Shown: positions 61,846 through 64,000 of the stretch, piece after piece
Layout: each line of letters starts with the position of its first letter
Numbering within the stretch: position 1 is the stretch's first letter
Origin: Lepidodermella squamata
Taxonomy: Eukaryota; Animalia; Gastrotricha
Assembly (NCBI GenBank): GCA_047495785.1
Contig: JBLDXI010000032.1
Location: forward strand, 3,038,001-3,102,000
DNA length: 64,000 bases
Reading direction: 5' to 3'
Notes under the pieces: model-generated
What the model was told of the DNA's origin: nothing
What the model saw: the letters and a program-made list of their open reading frames with translations, nothing else
Databases searched by the model: none
Position numbers and translations under genes: made by a program

Positions 61846-63089
61846 TCAGCTCAGCATCATGAAAAATACCACAATAGTTGAGATCATGGAGAAAGCGAGC
61901 AAGAATAGAAGCAAGCTAAGATCAATCAGTGCTATCACGGTTAGCTCAATTTTCTGCAGGATCCGGACCTTCCGCTTAGCTCGTCGGGTTTCAGCAAAAG
62001 GTATTGCATAGATTGAATAGATCGTGCAAGATGCGCCAACGAAGAGTTGCATGGTAATAAAATCAACAATGAGAACCTGCTGCGAAGTTATTGGCAGTAA
62101 CGAACTTGTCAGCGTCAACATCAGGAAAAAAGTCATGAAAATTGTAGCGCAGTATACGGGCCGGTCAGGCGAGTTCGGCGGCAAAGCTGCGTGTCAAAAT
62201 ACTTGTTTTGCGGATTTAAGAACTCAAGAAAACATACCAACGAAACTGATCTGAAGAGTCATGAGGCAAAAACAAGGGCCAATTAAACTGAACCAGTAGG
62301 GGTAAGATCGCCTCTTCAAATTGAAAGTATATCGAACGTGGCTGAATTTTGATAGGCCAATGGTTCGCAATTCTATCAGGCCGTCAATGGATTGCAACTC
62401 CCAAATAGCTGCCGGTGGCATAAAAGCAGGATATCTGAACAGCTTGTACAACGTGAAGTTGATTATTTGAGCGTTATCGAGAAGTTCAAGTTCTGTCATG
62501 CAGCCATGCTGCGTATCAAATGGGAATTTTCGAAAGTCAAGGTCACCTAAATACAAAGGGTAAGATATACGGTGATGTTAGGTGATGTTGCCCCTTACAA
62601 TAGATCTCTAGAGTCGTGAATGTCTGCCATGCGCTCTCACCAGTCGGGCCAAAACGAGCAAAGCCAATATTGGCCTCATCTCTGAATCAATCACATTCAT
62701 TTTCAAATAATCTTTGGTTGAAGTTAGACTTGCGATCGTGTTAGAATGTACTGCCCGACTGTGGTTGTGTGCAACAAATCCGGTCGCCAGTAATTACCGG
62801 CTGACACTGAAATTTTCTGGTCGCCCAGTGAGCTGACCCAGTTCTCGGCCACGCATCGGTTAATCCATGATATGCCAATGGAGGCAATAAACGAGAAAGT
62901 TTGGTCAATTTCGGATAACTTCAAAAAGCGGATTGCTGAGAAGGTAATATTCGCTTGAATTGTTTCGTTCAGCATACGAGGTGGCCTCAAGCCATCGAGG
63001 CGACATTTCTGTATCAGCTCCTCTAAAGCGTCCAAATCATTACCCGATATCGTGGGAATTAGAATGAAGAGCAAAATGACTGCAGTCAT
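61846..63089 (-). CDS. Divergent Cys-loop channel subunit (pLGIC-14)
   Basis: Four exons, intron 1 GC-AG (62733-62682); YWRPD; CDLDFRKFPFDTQHGC; PDRPVYC. Confidence 0.9.
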
Positions 63090-63356
63090 GATTAAAATTT
63101 ATCGAGCTGGATAAGCGAGACAGTCTAGTAAGTTGGGAAATGTTCCCTTCGTGTGATGCTGTGCACACACTCTGAGATTGTTTCAGCATACAGAGGGCAT
63201 AATTAATGAACGCAAAAACAAGCCTCTGCTTTTGCGGCACCGATATCCTGGAAAATTGTAGGTGCAAATATTCAATAATTCCATCCCTTTATCAGTTGAA
63301 AATCAAAACCCGATATTACATATTATTATTTTCCACGGTCCTAATCTCAATAGGTT

Positions 63357-63976
63357 TTACATTCGGGAATAAATAGCAGATCCGATGAGGAAGATAAGCG
63401 CGAAGCCGGAGGTGGAAGATGTTGATGCGGACCCGGATAAAGTCGAGCAAGATAGCGAAGCTGAGTTGCAAGTGTCTGAGCAGCAGACGCAGGTCGTAAT
63501 CGAGCCTTGGTCGTTAGCTTTGCACGACCACGACGTCGTGCCGGCAGTGCAAGTCGATGCCAGAACTGCTGAGCCCAAGCCATTCGTCATCGAGGAAGCT
63601 GAAGCTACTCCATAAGGAAGATAGCAGTATCCTTGGTCCCATTTTGTAGTAGTCGTTGTGGCAGCGGTCGTGGTTGAGGAGGACGTGCTGGTCGAAGTTG
63701 TCGGAGGTATACAGCTCGGACCCATGCCGGAGTAAATGGTTTGCGAAACGACCTGATTCCCGTTAGTCGCCTTGTAAGACAGAACGTTTTTCTAAAAATC
63801 CAAAGAAATGTTAACACGCAAAAATTAAGTCGGCTGGATAGACTTACGATGCATGAAGTGCAGCCAGTGTAAACAATCATGGGCCCGCCTTCATAACCGT
63901 AATTGCAATTAATGGCCAACCCCAGGGTGCAAAAAAGGCTAATGATTAGCGCGATCGGAATTATAGCTCCTGTCAT
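63357..63976 (-). CDS. GPI-anchored Ly6/uPAR (three-finger)-like protein with internal Ser/Thr insert, ~187 aa
   Basis: Exons 63976-63848 and 63791-63357 join in frame: signal peptide, INCNYG...CTSC, C-terminal CVCCSDTCN, then a Ser-rich spacer and hydrophobic tail (FALIFLIGSAIY). Confidence 0.75.
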
Positions 63977-64000
63977 TTTGATAATGATTCGCCTAGAAAA

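Noticed and set aside
1-64000. CRISPR arrays, rRNA or tRNA genes
   Set aside because: None seen; the only tRNA-related sequence is the retroelement primer-binding site.

Overview
Eukaryotic (invertebrate-animal-like) genomic DNA with very short introns (mostly 42-75 nt) and dense gene packing; the species cannot be identified from the sequence alone. Most short ORFs in the supplied track are exon fragments, and I spliced them by hand. Content, left to right: a partial gene running off the left edge; a class A GPCR; a TIR-CARD-like-NB-ARC-ankyrin (NLR/Apaf-1-like) gene; a cluster of secreted stefin-type cystatins (3 intronless multi-domain genes, 4 single-domain genes, plus 1 outlier at 47 kb) interrupted by a long-TIR DNA element that carries a nested, very young miniature LTR retroelement (TRIM); 14 apparently intact, highly divergent Cys-loop (pentameric ligand-gated) channel genes plus pseudogene remnants; a beta-propeller gene; a GT92-like glycosyltransferase; a sushi-mucin-LamG/pentraxin-like gene; and a GPI-anchored Ly6/three-finger gene. 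Best candidate for a new system: a four-exon gene (23204-26080) that appears to fuse an L-type lectin domain and a mucin-like stalk to a complete Cys-loop channel. It heads an array of orphan, chemoreceptor-like channels that lack the acetylcholine-binding residues. All gene models and domain calls come from manual reading of motifs and splice phases; no database search was run.
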